From Octopus sinensis (Eukaryota), in assembly GCF_006345805.1 (NCBI RefSeq), contig NW_021836143.1, positions 1-64,000 of the forward strand: a stretch of 64,000 bases of DNA, given 5' to 3'. The notes beneath the pieces are model-generated. The model made no database searches, was not told where the DNA came from, and saw only the letters and a program-made list of their open reading frames with translations. Positions 1-12,625 of the stretch are shown here, piece by piece; the first letter of the stretch is position 1; each line of letters starts with the position of its first letter. Both the position numbers and the translations under genes were made by a program.

Positions 1-86
1 ATTTTTTTCTTTTAATGGTTTAGTCAGAGGAGAAATGGAAATGTCCATTACCTTAGAAGAGCCTCCAAGATTGGAGATAGATTAAA

Positions 87-112
<26 letters not shown>
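87..112. repeat. (AC)n microsatellite
   Basis: Pure AC run followed by poly-A. Confidence 0.95.
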
Positions 113-117
<5 letters not shown>

Positions 118-627
118 AAAAAAAAACTGATTTGTTTTACTATAGTATGAAGTAGTACATCAAGATATTGATATGTACTGAGGCGAGAGTACTTGGTTCA
201 AATGCTTGCTAAAGGTGCCTAAAGGCCAGGTTAAACCAGCTTACAGCTTAATTTCAAATTAGAAAATAAAACCGTTCTAAAACATTTATTTTACTAACTG
301 TAAAATAATAGTCATCTCATACATTTTTGATGATTCATTTGGGAATAATTTTGAAAACTTAAAGAAATAAAATTTCATTTCTATGTATGTAGGGACATGT
401 AGTAGAATCCTGCTAGACAAACCACTTTCAGTTTACTTTCAAGATTTCTGTTCTAATCTCACACGAGATTATTTTAACTTTAATTTCTACAGAATTAAAA
501 TGTTAATCCAGTCAGTCAACTATAATTACAACTTTATTTAAAATTGGCCCTGAGACTATTTCAAAGAAATCTTTATGATAAATCAAATAAAAATTTAACT
601 AGCATTTCTAACCAGATAAAAGGTATT

Positions 628-649
628 ACACACACACACACACACACAC
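628..649. repeat. (AC)n microsatellite
   Basis: Pure AC run. Confidence 0.95.
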
Positions 650-1485
650 TTGTATGCATGATGATGCAGTGAAACTATAAGACCACTTGTATAGGTAATG
701 TTTTGAAAATGTTCCAAAAGTTTTTCTTAATCAGCTTTTTTTCAAAACACTGGAACAGTTGTCTTTGATAATGCGGCTGATATGTTACTTCTGGTGTTAG
801 TTTTACTACTTTCCTACAGAAAAGTATGATATTTTTTCTTTCAATTTCAATAGTCTTCTACAGATAAGTTTTAGCAACAAAACCTTTCTCATAAAACCCA
901 GTTTACATTTATTGTCTTATTATTCCAAGTTGTTATGCCACAGAAATACAAATAAACACCATAAACAGCAGCTACATTCATTAATGGTTAAGGCAGCATA
1001 TTTACTGCTTTTGTCTTTCATCTTTAAAAGATGTCTCAAACTTTTCAAATAAGGTAAAAATATAAAACAATGAGGAAAAATATTATTAACTTTTTGTGTT
1101 TTCTTTCTCCATTTGCATTAATGTGCAGTGATTGCAATACTCTTGCAACTTAACAGTTTTTAATTAATAGAAACCCTGCCGACAACTCTGTTTCTACTTT
1201 GTCATTTTCTGTGTCTGTGTGTGTGTGTGTGTGTATGTGTATGTTCTTAAGTCAGTGATGTGTGGGATGAATGAAATAAAAGAGAAGAGTTAGTGAACCT
1301 TGCCAATGTTTGGTTAACTGCAGAGGATAAAGAAATTAAAAGTCTCCAACACTTAGCACCATGCAGTGCTTAGTCAGTTGTAAGACGTCATGCTTGCTTC
1401 ACACCATTGCTTGCAGTGACCTCCATTCAACGAACCCACACAGTTTCAGGTTGAAAGTTACACAAATAAAATTCTACTGGCAGTT

Positions 1486-1490
<5 letters not shown>

Positions 1491-1516
<26 letters not shown>

Positions 1517-1526
1517 CTCTCTCTCT
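1491..1526. repeat. (TC)n microsatellite
   Basis: Near-perfect TC run. Confidence 0.95.
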
Positions 1527-3450
1527 CCACCTCCCTTTTCTGTTTCTCATAGAAACAGTGCAAATGCTGTACAGTTACTTCACACATGACTACAAAGCAT
1601 GGTTTATGATTAAAAAAAGGAAAAAAAAAACCCATCTGTAATGGTTTTATAAACTAAAAACATCGTGATCAGTTTTTGACAAGGAAAAGCTCAATTATTC
1701 ATAGTTTTTTTTTTTTCTTCTTTCCGGAAACACTAATTCCACTCCCATGTAATAGATATAAGTATAACAGCATATTTCCCTTTAAATAGTGCAATAGTGA
1801 ATTTTTATTTGGCACCAGTCTACAAACATTCTGTAACTAATCACATCTGATTGATCACATGGCGAAAATTAAAAAAATAGTCTTTACATCTCACATTTTC
1901 CAACCATTCCAATCAATCTTTATTACAAAATCACAACCCCTCTTCTTTCTCATTCTCTATTTTTCTCTCCCTGTGTTTGTATTGCAATGCACACACACAC
2001 ACACACACACGCACACACAAATTCACAGTATTATACACATTGTTTATATTGAGAAACTGTAATTGAGAAATCCCAGCAGGGGTTAGGCTTTTCAAGTGAT
2101 GGGTAGCCAAGAGTGGTAGCTTAACACCAACAGTGTTTATGCAATAAAGAAATGCTCAGTTGAGTTTTTACAATCAGCTTATTGAAGTCTAACATCCTGG
2201 TGGCAGAATTAGCATTTTTATGACTGACTGCTATCACTGTGAACTGCGTATAGGAGCTGAAACGGGTCATTGAAAAATAGAATGTGGTTCTAAAAGGGGA
2301 GGAAATTATTTGCACCCATCAATGCATTAACAACTTTTTTATTGTAGAGCAAACATAATATTTCAGTTTGCTTTGCTTTATCCAGTTTGAGCAAAGGACA
2401 AAAAGAAAAGATGGTTGGGGGGTGGGGGATTAAATATTGGCAGCAATGTTCAGTATAAAAGAATCAGGAAGTAGGAGTGGTTCTGGAAATATTAACAGCT
2501 GTAGACAGTTAATTTATAGTTTCATATGAGAATTTCTGGGAATTAATTTCTAGCATATATTGGATAACATACAAATACTTCCTTAATAGAAAAGTTTTAT
2601 TTTGTATACATCGATGTTGTGCACAAGAGAGAAAGAGAGAGAAAGAGTGTGTGTGTGTGTGTACAATTTCATAGATATATTTGTATGCATAGAAGTCATT
2701 GTAATTAAACTGAGATGTATCTATATATCTAAGCATTTATATGTAAGCCACACTCTAAATATATGTCCGTACAAACACATGCACACTCCTATGTGAATAC
2801 ATTTTTAGTTATGTATGAAAGTCAGGATATATATCTAACTTTATGAAACTACTTTTATACACACACACATATATTGTAATGTGAGTAGTGCAAACATTAC
2901 ATGGGATAGAACGCAATACATTAGGTAGAGTGGATAGATGTGTTATTATATCAATACTTGACAGTCTATTCATCCTGGGACGACACTCTGAGTAGATTGT
3001 CAACTTTTGATATAATAAACATTATGCACACACATCCAACGGTCATAGTAATGTTTCCATATGCAATATAGTTTCAAAAGCCATACATAATAGAAGAAAT
3101 TTCAAACTTCACTAATTTATTGATGAAGTATGGAAACATTTGATAGTCCCCTCCTCCCTTAATTAAATGAAATACATACAACTGCTTTTTGATTAGTACA
3201 ACCAATTTAAGTGATTCCTATATTTGTTTGATGGGAAATATCCATGGAGCTACAGGCAAGAGCCTTTTTGAAAGTATTTCCATCCAGATAGAGATATAAT
3301 CCTTGCAGAAAAGGATTAACATAGCATTCTGCAATAATATTAAATGAGGATCTTGGGTAACTTCATTAGAAATAAAAACGTTTTATACTTAGGCTAAAAT
3401 AAATGAAATGTTGTCATACTCTTAGATTTTATTGAAGTATTAGCAATATA

Positions 3451-4192
3451 GGTGAAGGTACGTGACTTAGTGCTTAGGGCATTCGACTCATGATCGTAAG
3501 GTCATGAGTTCAATTCCTGGTGACGTGTTGTGTCCTGGAGCAAGACACTTTATTTCAGGTTGCTCCAGTCTACTCAGCTGGCAAAAATGAGTTGTACCTG
3601 TATTTCAAAGGGCCAGCCTCGTCACACTCTGTGTCATGCTGAATCTCCTTGAGAACTACGTTAAGGGTACACGTGTCAGTGGATTGCTCAGCCACTTGCA
3701 CTCTTTACTCTTTTACTTGTTTCAGTCATTTGACCGCGGCCATGCTGGAGCACCGCCTTTAGTCGAGCAAATCGACCCTGGGACTTATTCTTTGTAAGCC
3801 TAGTACTTATTCTATCAGTCTCTTTTGCCGAACCGCTAAGTAACGGGGACATAAACACACCGGCATCGGTTGTCAAGCAATGCTAGGGGGACAAACACAG
3901 ACACACAAACATACACACACACACATATATATATACATATATACGACAGGCTTCTTTCAGTTTCCGTCTACCAAATCCACTCACAAGGCTTTGGTCGGCC
4001 CGAGGCTATAGCAGAAGACACTTGCCCAAGATGCCACGCAGTGGGACTGAACCCGGAACCATGTGGTTGGTTAGCAAGCTACTTACCACACAGCCACTCC
4101 TGCGCCTTAATTTTATGTTAATTTTATGAGCAAACTGTTCCGTTGATCGTACCAGCTGGGACCCTTGTCGTCGTAACCGACGGAGTGCTCCT
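3451..4192 (+). mobile_element. tRNA-headed SINE, head H2 + tail T1, split by a nested family-K SINE (host parts 3451-3700 and 4107-4192)
   Basis: A-box-like (GTGACTTAGTGC) and B-box-like (GAGTTCAATTCC) motifs. CORE-like GTGTCCTGGAGCAAGACACTT. Tail GTTGTACCTGTATTTCAAAG...CGGAGTGC is shared with the SINEs at 22147 and 29436. 11-bp TSD TTAGCAATATA at 3440-3450 and 4193-4203. Confidence 0.9.
3701..4106 (-). mobile_element. Family-K SINE (GGCGCAGGAGTGGCTGTGTGG head, internal TA/TG microsatellite, GAGTAAA tail)
   Basis: Full-length match to the copies at 17346, 45537, 50591, 51052 and 51639. Head has A-box and B-box (GGTTCAGTCCC) motifs. Confidence 0.92.
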
Positions 4193-4755
4193 TTAGCAAT
4201 ATAAAAGCTTTTTAATGCATCATTGCTTTTGTTCTGTAATGCTACATGCAATTTTCCAGAAAATACATAGGTAGATTTTTGTTGAAGTAAATTTTTTTTA
4301 CAGGTAGATGCATTTCCAGCTATTAACTAGTAAGAAATGAAACATTTGATAACAAGAAAGATAGAGAGGGGTAAAAGTGCAACATAATGGTTGTAGTTGT
4401 AATTTTTTAACTCATTTCTATGTAGATAGCAGTCCAATAAATTATCTTTACAGCCATTTAAAAAATTTTTTAGCTTAAGCAAAGAGACATTTAGAATATC
4501 ATAAGCATAAATTGGTAATTGTTTGAGGCATGAATAAAAGGAAATAAAAGAGAAACAACCCCGAGACAATCAGATACAGGAAAACAATAAATCTGATTTG
4601 TCAGTTCAGAAGAATATAAATATTAACAAAGAAGTGAAATCATGCCTTTCGTTAATGGGAAGATTGGTTAAAAATCCAGAAAAGTACAACACCACAGGAA
4701 TAAAAATAAAGATCCATATACAAAAACAGCACATTACTGACAATAAAATTAATAT

Positions 4756-4808
4756 CTATACACACACACATGTATATATAGACATATACACAGACATACA
4801 CACACAAA

Positions 4809-4875
<67 letters not shown>

Positions 4876-4943
4876 ATATATATACACACATATATACATA
4901 CACACACACATACACAAACATACATATATACACAAACACACAC
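4756..4943. repeat. Compound (CA)/(TA) microsatellite
   Basis: Long TA core flanked by degenerate CA/TG tracts. Confidence 0.9.
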
Positions 4944-5405
4944 CACTGTGATGCTTTAAATTGGCATTAAGATCGTTAGGGATGTAAACTGAGAATGTAT
5001 AAAACAAATATTCACCACTTAAACATAAATACATATGCTCAAAGAAACAAGTGATAAGAGAATTTATAAAACACACACACATTCATTTTTGCACATCGAA
5101 ATATATATATATGCACAACAAACATAAAATCACTTATACACACTGATTCATACTGAATTTAGGAATGTGTAATATATTCTGAAATATTTAGTGCCTATTA
5201 ATATTTTCCCATAAATTTCTCAATGAACACTAAAAAAGTTGAAAACTCAAAGTCAAGAACTGTGTGAGCGAGACTTAATGAGTACATGTGTGAAAGTGAA
5301 AGACAGAAATGTAGGAGTGGAAAAACAGATAATTATATGGAAAGAAGTACTTTCTTATGCTGGTAATATGACAAGAAGTTAAAAATCATCCTCCTTATAG
5401 TTTAA

Positions 5406-5625
5406 CCCTTTTGATAACCAACCCGCCTGAAACCGCCTCTGGCTCTGTAATACAAATGTCTTGTTTTCAAAAGATCTGAATTAAAATCTTCTACCAAATC
5501 TTAGTCACAATTTGTTCCTAACACTGGCTTAACGATGACTACATTATTTTAATAATTCTTTGTTATATTTAAAAATTAATTGAAAGAACACAGAGTATCT
5601 CAACAGAAATATGGTAATGAAAGGG
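5406..5625 (+). mobile_element. piggyBac-type MITE (220 bp), orientation A
   Basis: TTAA|CCCTTTTGAT ... TAATGAAAGGG|TTAA. TTAA at 5402-5405 and 5626-5629. Confidence 0.85.
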
Positions 5626-5629
5626 TTAA

Positions 5630-5849
5630 CCCTTCTGTTACTGTATTTATTTTGAGATGCTTTGTGTTTCTTTCAATTACTTTAAATATAACAAAGAATT
5701 TAGAAAAATAACTTAGTTATCATTAAGCTAGTGTTAGGAACATAAATTGTGACTAAGGTTTGGTGGAAGATTTTAATTTAAAACTAATGCAAACAAGACA
5801 TTTGTACTCAGAACCAGAGCCGGTTTCAGGCGGGTTGGTAACGAAAGGA
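5630..5849 (-). mobile_element. piggyBac-type MITE (220 bp), same family, inverted
   Basis: TTAA|CCCTTCTGTTAC ... ACGAAAGGA|TTAA. Reverse complement aligns with 5406-5625. Same-orientation copy at 43884-44100. Confidence 0.85.
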
Positions 5850-6628
5850 TTAAACATTTTTTTTCTGAGTTCAATGGATCTGCTTCAAATAATTATATAA
5901 AATGGAAAATGCTGTGTTGCAAAATATCCTAAAATGGTAACTTGCTCAAACACATTTACATGACAAGCACACACAAGGAATGGTCCTTCAATTTACTAGA
6001 AATAGCAGTGACTTAAATTCACACATTGTTGCTTTAAAATGGAAGAGTCTTTACAGATTAAGCCAACTTATGATCAAATACAGGAATGCATTTGGTCAAA
6101 ATTTAGCATGATCTCTAATGACCGGAAAGCTAAAGGAGATCATGAATATTTACATGTTGTATATGCTAACTACCCATATTGTATATCCATTAATTGACCA
6201 GTCAGTAAATATAAAACCAGCTCTGCTTTTTATAGATGCATGTGATACTCAGCTCTCAGACAATGTATCCCAGAAGAATTGAAATTTCCCCTCTTGTAAG
6301 CTGTAGCCAATACAAATCTGGCTGCCATTCAGTATGTTCTTATTCATACATTTGTTTATATAGCTGGTTGACTTTCTTTCAGGTCAGTATTGAAAGTGGT
6401 AGTGCTATCAATTAAGGATGCAAGATATAGATATAAAAGTTGTGCTGTTATACATATAAGCGGGAGAGCCATAATGTCTTGACAGAAAAAAAAACAAACA
6501 CTTTTCAACAAGCTTTACCATTCTCCATACTCGTAATATGCTGAGAAAAATTACTCACATTACAACTGCATATCACTGTGTATACTAGAGAAGCAGCATA
6601 TCCAGCACAAAGAAGCTCCAGGATGAAC

Positions 6629-6661
<33 letters not shown>

Positions 6662-6667
6662 CATTAT

Positions 6668-6965
6668 TGGCACGTAAAAAACACCATCCGATCGTGGCCA
6701 TTGCCAGCCTCACCTGGCCTCCATGCCGGTGGCACGTAAAAAGCATCATCCGATCGTGGCCGTTTGCCAGCCTCATCTGGCACCTGTGCCGGTGGCATGT
6801 AAAAAGCACCCACTACACTAAATGGAGTGGTTGGCATTAGGAAGGGCATCCAGCTGTAGAAACATTGCCAGATCAGAGTGGGCCTGGTGCAACCTTCTGG
6901 CTTCCCAGACCCCAGTTGAACCGTCCAACCCATGCCAGCATGGAAAGCAGACGCTAAACGATGAT
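6668..6965 (+). mobile_element. 5'-truncated RTE-type LINE 3' end with ~60-bp internal tandem units
   Basis: GAGTGGTTGGCATTAGGAAGGGCATCCAGCTGTAGAAAC ... CCAACCCATGCCAGCATGGAAAGCAGACGCTAAACGATG. Linked to RTE ORF2 by the copy at 57698. Inserted in an (ATT)n tract, with ATTATTATCATTATT on both sides. Confidence 0.85.
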
Positions 6966-7485
6966 TATTATCATTATTATTATTATTAGTAGTAGTAGTA
7001 GTAGGAGGAGGAGGAGAACTGTTAGTGAGTATGTATGAGTGCAACACCTTGCTTCAGTTACTAGTTTGTTTGTGGTAATTATGTCTTGCTTCAGTGCTAC
7101 AATCATCATAAATTGTGATGTGAACAATAAAGATGATTATTATATCTTTTTGACTTGCTTATTTAGGAAAATAGAAAATTTCAAAAATAGTGTGTAGACA
7201 TCAGTTTTATGAAAGATATTCCTGTTTTTGTAAACACCTGACTTTGTTTCTTTACAGAGATTTATGAAATTTATAAAACATCTAGATATGTTATTGGGGA
7301 AAATATCATCAACGTCTTTGAAGTCAATTAGAAATATTAAATTTGACAAGAAATCCCTTCTTTCAAGCAGATAAAAGTTAATTTTCTTTCAAATACAAGT
7401 TTGCCTAAAGATATGGAACTTTGATATGCTTGTCAAAGAAGTGTCGGCTTGTTTTAGTTATTTGTAGGTATGTGAGGAGACTTAA

Positions 7486-7703
7486 CCCTTTAGCATTCAA
7501 ATTACTGTCTATTGCAATGCTTATTTATTCACATTCTTTTAAATTAATCACACATTATCTTGTGGCTTTGTGATTTCATTGATGGGATTGTTTATTTTTA
7601 TAATGATATTCTAGGGTAGGCACAAGAGGTCAAATATGACCAGTTTGAATGTAAAGCATGTTGAATATTTTGCCCAGATATGGTCAGTTTAAATGATAAT
7701 AGG
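7486..7703. mobile_element. Second piggyBac-type MITE family
   Basis: TTAA|CCCTTTAGCATTCAAA ... TTTAAATGATAATAGG|TTAA with imperfect TIRs. Homologous copy at 51536-52135. Confidence 0.7.
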
Positions 7704-9150
7704 TTAATTTATAAATAAACATAATTAATTCTACTAGGAAGTCATTGGGATTCAAAAGAACTGGGATATTACAATTTTGTCGCATATTATAGTGGGCAAG
7801 AAAATGATATCACTTTGGATAGAAAGTGGTTGAAATTAATTACTGCTTGTATCACACAAGCTATAAATGAATGAATATTGTATGTGTAAACATATTTAGC
7901 TCTTTCTGTCAAGATTTGTTGGGTTACAAATCATACATTAAAAAGATTCTCTAGCCAGCAATATATGTATTGAAAACAGCTGTTGAGTCTAAAATTAATT
8001 ATAAGTTATATGACAGAGAATATCGCATAATCAATTCTGCATAAGTAAACTCATTTAGGTTTACTGTAAGGATGCTTAAAATGATAAATATAAAGAATAT
8101 TGCTTTCAGCCCTCCTCATTTAATATGTGTTCTATCCTATTTATACCTATGATACAAGATTTATATAAAATTTTTCTCTGGTTATATTTATGTAGGTTTT
8201 TTTTTTAATATTATTTTCATGATTGTATAAATAGAGGCTTGTCAGAATTGTAAATGTTGAATAAAATTTTTGGCTGTGTTTGTTCTGGCCTCTTGCATTC
8301 CGAGTTCAAGACCTGTTGAGGTCAACTATACTCTGAATCCTTCTGCATTCAAAAAAGTAAAGTAAGAGTGTGTTTTGAAGTTAATTTAATCGACTTATAT
8401 CTTCCAGACTTCTTAAAGCAAGTGCAAAGAACAGCAAAAAGACATTTCTTCTCACTCCACCAATGCTTCTCTTTACTTTTGATGAAGGATTAATACTCAA
8501 AACATTAAGACACTCTCTTTCTTCATAAAATAATACCATATTTGTCAAACATTGTTCTTCCTGTGTTATCCTTTTCTATATATCTTTTCAGAAAGCAAGA
8601 TATTACAGCTGAAAATCCAGGGCAAATTTTCTTAGTGCTGCAATCATTTTGAGAAAAGATAAACCACCAAAACCAGAGCATTCCTGGGAGAAGCAGCGAT
8701 CTCGGGTATTGTTAGTTTTTTAAAGAAGTGTCTGATGAAGAGTATATTTATGCTCACATAGTTATTAACATGTTCCATTATAGCTATTCTTAATCACCTT
8801 AAATGAAAAGTTTTACATCTTCCTGACCTATATTCCAGCTCATTTTATTGTAAATGGTATAGAAGTTTTACACTGGATAGAAAATAAATAGTTATTTGCA
8901 TTATCTGGGTTTCCAACTAACAAAGTTCATAAAGAACTATTATTAATTCACAATATCCATTATATGTGATTAAAGAACAAAATCAAAGCTTCATCAAAAT
9001 CACTCTGGATCAGACACGCTATCTCTGAGTTGTTCCATTACCCCATTATCGTTAGCTGCAAATGCAATATCCGGTTATATACTCAACTAATTTTCAAAAA
9101 TTTACAAGGAAATTCTGAAGTATATTTTTCTTTACTAATATATATATATA

Positions 9151-10025
9151 TGAGGTCTGGTCAATAAGTATCCAGACTTGTCATAGTAATGGAGCTAAAG
9201 CATGCAGAGTGAAGCTGTTTGGTACAGATTGACTTTGAACTCTGTTGTGCATGTGTACTAAGTTTTGACATTCTAGCTCACTTCCGCTGCTTGGAAGGAA
9301 GGTGTGTAGCATGTGAGTGTCACATTCACCATGACTGAGAAAGTTATGGCGATACCTGCTCAGAGGCCAATGCAAAGTTGCCGACAGTGTATGGAGAGGA
9401 GTGTATGAGCTGCACACAAGTGTATGAATGGTTCAGAGGTTTCCATGATGGCTAAAAAAAAAGAGTCAATATTGACGAACATTCTGGGAGACCTGCAACC
9501 AGCAGTACTGAGAAAAACATTGCAGATGTGCGTGCAACTGTGAGAAGAAATCATCGAATCACCATCTGTGAGTTACAGAGGATGTGCAGTTTAGTTATGG
9601 TTCAGTCCATTATCACTGAAGATTTGGGTATGAGATGTGTATCTGCCAAGTTTGTGCTATAACTGTCTTCAGCTGACCAAAAAGACACTTGGGTTTCAGT
9701 TGCACAAGATCTCCTTGATTGTGTTGAGAATGATGAAATCTTTTTGAAAGCCTTGCATAGGCCTCTGAGCAGATATCACCAAGCATTTGGCAAAATTTGA
9801 TGCAGATTCTCTGCTCAACTTTCTCTGCCATGGTCAATGCAGCAATTACACACTACACGCCTTCTTTCTAAGCACTGTTGTAAACAGCAGAAGTGAGCTA
9901 GAATGTTAAAACTTAGTGTGCATGCACAGCAGAGTTCAAGGTCAATCTGTGTCATGCAGCTTCACTCTGCGTACTTTACTTTTGTAACTATGTCAACAGT
10001 CCAGATACTTATTGATCAGACCATG
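9151..10025 (+). mobile_element. Non-autonomous fold-back mariner: 5' part of the transposase plus an inverted copy of its own 5' end
   Basis: TA-flanked TIR (TGAGGTCTGGTCAATAAGTATCCAGACT). Decayed reading includes YGEECMSCTQVYEWF, SGRP, EDLGMRCVSAKFV. 9751-10025 is the reverse complement of 9151-~9377, reading MAEKVEQRICIKFCQMLGDICSEAYA. Confidence 0.85.
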
Positions 10026-10061
<36 letters not shown>

Positions 10062-10064
<3 letters not shown>

Positions 10065-10310
10065 GACGTTAAAATCTCCAACCGATCATGGCCGATGTCG
10101 GACCCCCCTGACACCTGTGCAGGTGGCACATCAAAAGCACTCACTACACTTGCGGAGTGGTTGGCGTTAGGAAGGGGATCCAGCTGTAGAAACTCTGCCA
10201 GATCAGACTGGAGCCTGGTGCAGCCCCTGGCTTCCCAGACCCCGGTCGAACCGTCCAACCCGTGCTAGCGCGGAAAACGGACGTTAAACAATGATGATGA
10301 TGATGATGAT
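10062..10310 (+). mobile_element. RTE-type LINE 3' end with (ATG)n tail
   Basis: Same terminal ~170 bp as the copies at 6668 and 26950. Sits between (TA)n tracts. Confidence 0.85.
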
Positions 10311-10507
10311 ATATATATATATGTAAACACATTCTTAAAATTAAAGGTTTTCTGGAACAATTAAATTGGAGGACAAGTTAAAAATGCATAGTTTCAAATA
10401 GTCTGCAGAATGGAGTCTTGAGAGGATATAAATTGCAGTCCAAAGGAGAAAAAACAAAACAAAAATTACACATTTCCCCATAAACACACACACGTGAATA
10501 TATATTG

Positions 10508-11100
10508 ACAAATATTCTAAGTGCTGGAATAAGCACTGGTATTGCAAATGCATTGTGGGATATAGTCTTGTTGTAAGAGAAGATTTCCAACTGCCATAAT
10601 ATTCTCACGTCACTTTATCTTTATTCACAGTACCTACCTTCATATGATATGTTTTATTCAATGCCTAGGTACTTCTAATACTCTTTGAGTGGGACAGGAG
10701 AGAGAGTGAGACCATTGATGCACAGGTTATGGATCTGGGGTACTGATTTTTCCCGTTCAATAATCAAATATAAACATTTCCTTTGGCCAAATTCCATTCC
10801 TATGTCTGCTGAAAATGTTATTAATATCCAGCTGTTTTTTGGCATTGTTAACATTTTAATCATAAATCTTGAGATCATCCACAAAGAAATTATGGGGTAG
10901 ATTAATATCTACAGCAGTTGCAGATCCTAGCATGTAGCCATTTGAGTCTTGTAGCAGGAATGATGATGAATTTAGTGCCAAAATGAAGAGAATCACAGAA
11001 AAACTGTCTCCTCGGAATATTTACTCTGAAATATTTATAACATTGGAGATGAACTTCTAAGTACTAGAAGTGTTTCCCAAGTCTTTGTGAGCTTCTAAAT
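10508..11100 (-). mobile_element. Decayed reverse-transcriptase fragment of an R4/NeSL-like (REL) non-LTR retrotransposon
   Basis: Minus-strand reading IFRGDSFSVILFILALN...FFVDDLKIYD, then FSADIGMEFGQRKC, KYLGI and NKTISHNAFAIPVL. Contains stops and frameshifts. Confidence 0.75.
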
Positions 11101-11155
11101 GGTAGAAATTATGGCAAATGTAGATACTTCAGCAGCCATGCATGCATGTATGTAA

Positions 11156-11306
11156 TCATCATCACCATTTAACATCTCAACTTCCATACTGACATGGCTG
11201 GATGGTTAAACAGGGACCAATAAGCGAGAGGGCTGTGTGAACTCCAATGTCTACTTTGGCATGATTTCTACAGCTGGATGCCCTTCCTATTGCTAATCAC
11301 TTTACA
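11156..11306 (-). mobile_element. Degenerate RTE-type 3' end
   Basis: CATCATCACCATTTAACATC ... TTTCTACAGCTGGATGCCCTTCCTATTGCTAATCACT. Confidence 0.65.
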
Positions 11307-12454
11307 AATGATGATAATAAATATACACACACACACTTATAGGAATGCAGGTAATGTGAAAGTATGAATTGTTGTGGGATGACTAAATAACCTTAGTGAG
11401 TCAAAACTATTGAAAAGGGTGCAAGATGCAACGAAAATTTTAGGAAAATAAAAATAAGAAAAAAATGGAAATTTTACAGGTGTGTGTGTTATATTATAGG
11501 GCACAAAAAGAAAATGACTCTCCCCAGACACAACTAAATAACCTTAAATTTATGAATAATTTGTATTAAAACTATTGAAAACACTTTCTTTTGTTTATTC
11601 AATTAAATGTATATCAATGTTTTATGTTCACTTTCCCATGCTGGCATGGGTTTTGAGGCAGCGTGTCACACTTTAATCTTGGAAACATCAGCCTTACAGA
11701 TTTATAAACATTCCTGATGCCGACCATTTTTGTTGCTTTTTATAACATACAGGGATACGGTGTAGCAATTTTAAAATATACAGGATACACTCTCTCCCGC
11801 TTTCTCTCTCTTTCACACACACGCATTTTTCCATGCCATGAGAATACCTTATAAATAACTATATTAACAATTCATATACATATCTATCTATCTTTCCATC
11901 TATATATATAATATAGGGATACACACAAGTATATATTCTTTGTTGTTGACAGCAAAAGCATTAATGCTTCTTTATAAAAACAGCATGGGTTTTTAAAGAG
12001 AATGAATAGCTACTTGTGAAACAATTAAAGAAACCTTTGAAAAGATAAAAAAATAAACACTCAAACATGAATAATCCCCCAAATTAATGCAAAAACTTCT
12101 TTATATTAAATGGAAATGAATTGTGGTATAACTTTAAATATAAGCTTCTAGCAGTTTGATATCAACATAATATATGAAAAGAAACTCACACGCAGATATA
12201 GGACACTTCTGTTTGAATGGAAGCCATTCAAATAGTGATAGAAACTTGTATCATCAATAAAACATACTGAAATGTAGCACCAGGTTTCTATAATGCCACA
12301 GGCAACAGAACAGAAACTATTTAACCAATTCAAAATGTATATTGTGTTAACTATGTGATGAAACGCTGCATCAGAAAAGAAATATAGGGTGGAAAATTAC
12401 TCTGTTAAATATCACTTGAATTCAGAGACAATGATTCCAACAAGTTTATTAGAT

Positions 12455-12625
12455 TGTTGCTGTTTAGCCCCAGGCCATCCCTAGGCAAACAGACCTATGA
12501 TCAAGATAATTCCAGCGATGAATATTTTTCTTTTACTATATTTATAACCTATAGTGTTTAGTGTGTCCTCCTCATACTAAGCAGTAGACTATGATTCGAT
12601 GGAGATTTGGCTGTTATTTCTAGAA
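12455..12625 (+). mobile_element. Family-Q interspersed repeat (probable SINE), degenerate
   Basis: TTGTTGCTGTTTAGCCCCAGG ... GATTTGGCTGTTATTTCTAG. Similar segments near 17790-17915, 19205-19460 (-), 55853-56030, 56120-56270 and 57600-57690 (-). Confidence 0.55.

Noticed and set aside
3451-3530. tRNA genes at SINE heads (also 24932, 29826, 50210, 59755)
   Set aside because: A and B boxes are present but there is no complete cloverleaf or acceptor stem, and each continues into a multi-copy SINE body, often with TSDs.
4598-5082. ORFs with YIYI/CVCV/HTHT runs (and similar short ORFs throughout the track)
   Set aside because: Translations of dinucleotide microsatellites or SINE bodies.
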